Shown piece by piece: positions 63,380 to 64,000 of a DNA stretch of 64,000 nt (its first letter is position 1; each line of letters begins with the position of its first letter). The DNA lies in assembly GCA_963667035.1 (NCBI GenBank), contig OY762964.1, positions 1,216,001 through 1,280,000 of the forward strand, given 5' to 3'. The position numbers were made by a program, and so were the translations under genes. Below the pieces are notes generated by a model, which was not told the DNA's origin, did not search any database, and saw nothing but the letters and a program-made list of their open reading frames with translations. Source of the DNA: Candidatus Cloacimonadales bacterium. GTDB lineage: Bacteria > Cloacimonadota > Cloacimonadia > Cloacimonadales > JAFGVF01.

Positions 63380-63847
63380 CTAAAGAAGCAAAAGCTCTTT
63401 GTTCTCCCCCACCCAGGAGTACTTTACCTCACCTACATAAATAGTGTGGTCCCCACTCCTAACTTGAGAAACAAGTTCACACTCAAAGTTGGCAACAGCA
63501 TTCTTGAGAATAGGTATTTTCCTATATCGTCCGTGAAACCACGGTTCATCAATGACTTCAAGTTTATCAGTATCTCTGCCTGATTGAGTTCCGCATATCT
63601 TCATAGCCTCCTGCATCTCTTTGGAAAGAAAACAAAGGTTGAAGCTATCAGACGTTTGAAGACATTCATAGCTATATCTGGTATGCCCTATTGAAATAGC
63701 AAACATGGGTGGTTTGATTGAAGTTCTCATGAACCATTCGAGTGTTATTAGGTTATATTTATCATCGGGAGTAGGCATAATTGCAATTGTAACCTTATTC
63801 ATAAGCTTTGTTTGCTTCCATACATCAATAAAATCTCTTCTATTCAT
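63380..63847 (-). CDS. Flavin reductase-like FMN-binding protein
   Basis: N.ITL.W....S..PP...ISI, CGT.SGRD.DK, A...FEC.L......GDH.IYVGEV. Confidence 0.88.
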   Translation of the reverse strand: MNRRDFIDVWKQTKLMNKVTIAIMPTPDDKYNLITLEWFMRTSIKPPMFAISIGHTRYSYECLQTSDSFNLCFLSKEMQEAMKICGTQSGRDTDKLEVIDEPWFHGRYRKIPILKNAVANFECELVSQVRSGDHTIYVGEVKYSWVGENKELLLL

Positions 63848-64000
63848 TATTACTCCCGTGATTATGCTATGGATGTCTATCTTCCGTTAAGACATCTCTT
63901 ATCTCGTAAATTTCTAATTTCCCATCTATAGATAAGTGATTTAAACATGCAATTGGTATCTATTTCAGGTCTTCTGGAAAGGTATATCATAAACCAAACG

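Overview
AT-rich bacterial chromosomal window, mostly core genome. Two gingipain-like C25 proteases with 'GNYPxPFNPTT...K.ILMK' C-termini and a long SecA suggest an FCB-group anaerobe, probably Candidatus Cloacimonadota (inference). Housekeeping genes include gyrB, gyrA, murI, pyrG, secA, topA, yicC, rnr, pepD, degP, surE, a dtxR-feoA fusion and feoB. The gyrase genes head a gap-free 13-kb, 12-gene run that includes a prenyltransferase with degenerate catalytic motifs and ends in umuDC. Mobile DNA comprises two IS1182 copies that each duplicated an entire host terminator hairpin, two decayed IS200 copies sitting just behind terminators, and an IS481 remnant. The most unusual non-coding signal is a set of intergenic palindromic arrays built from 11-bp units, with several direct units followed by inverted units. 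They occur with two different core motifs (CGGGA at 2425 and 63157, CACTG at 35789), plus a related perfect hairpin at 63061. Other notable items are a Bacteroides-type serine palmitoyltransferase, a SurE-cNMP fusion, an orphan ferredoxin-EtfA and a repeat-rich 1.2-kb island with a possible pilin relic. No rRNA, tRNA or CRISPR array was recognised. All calls come from motif reading only, and no searches were run.
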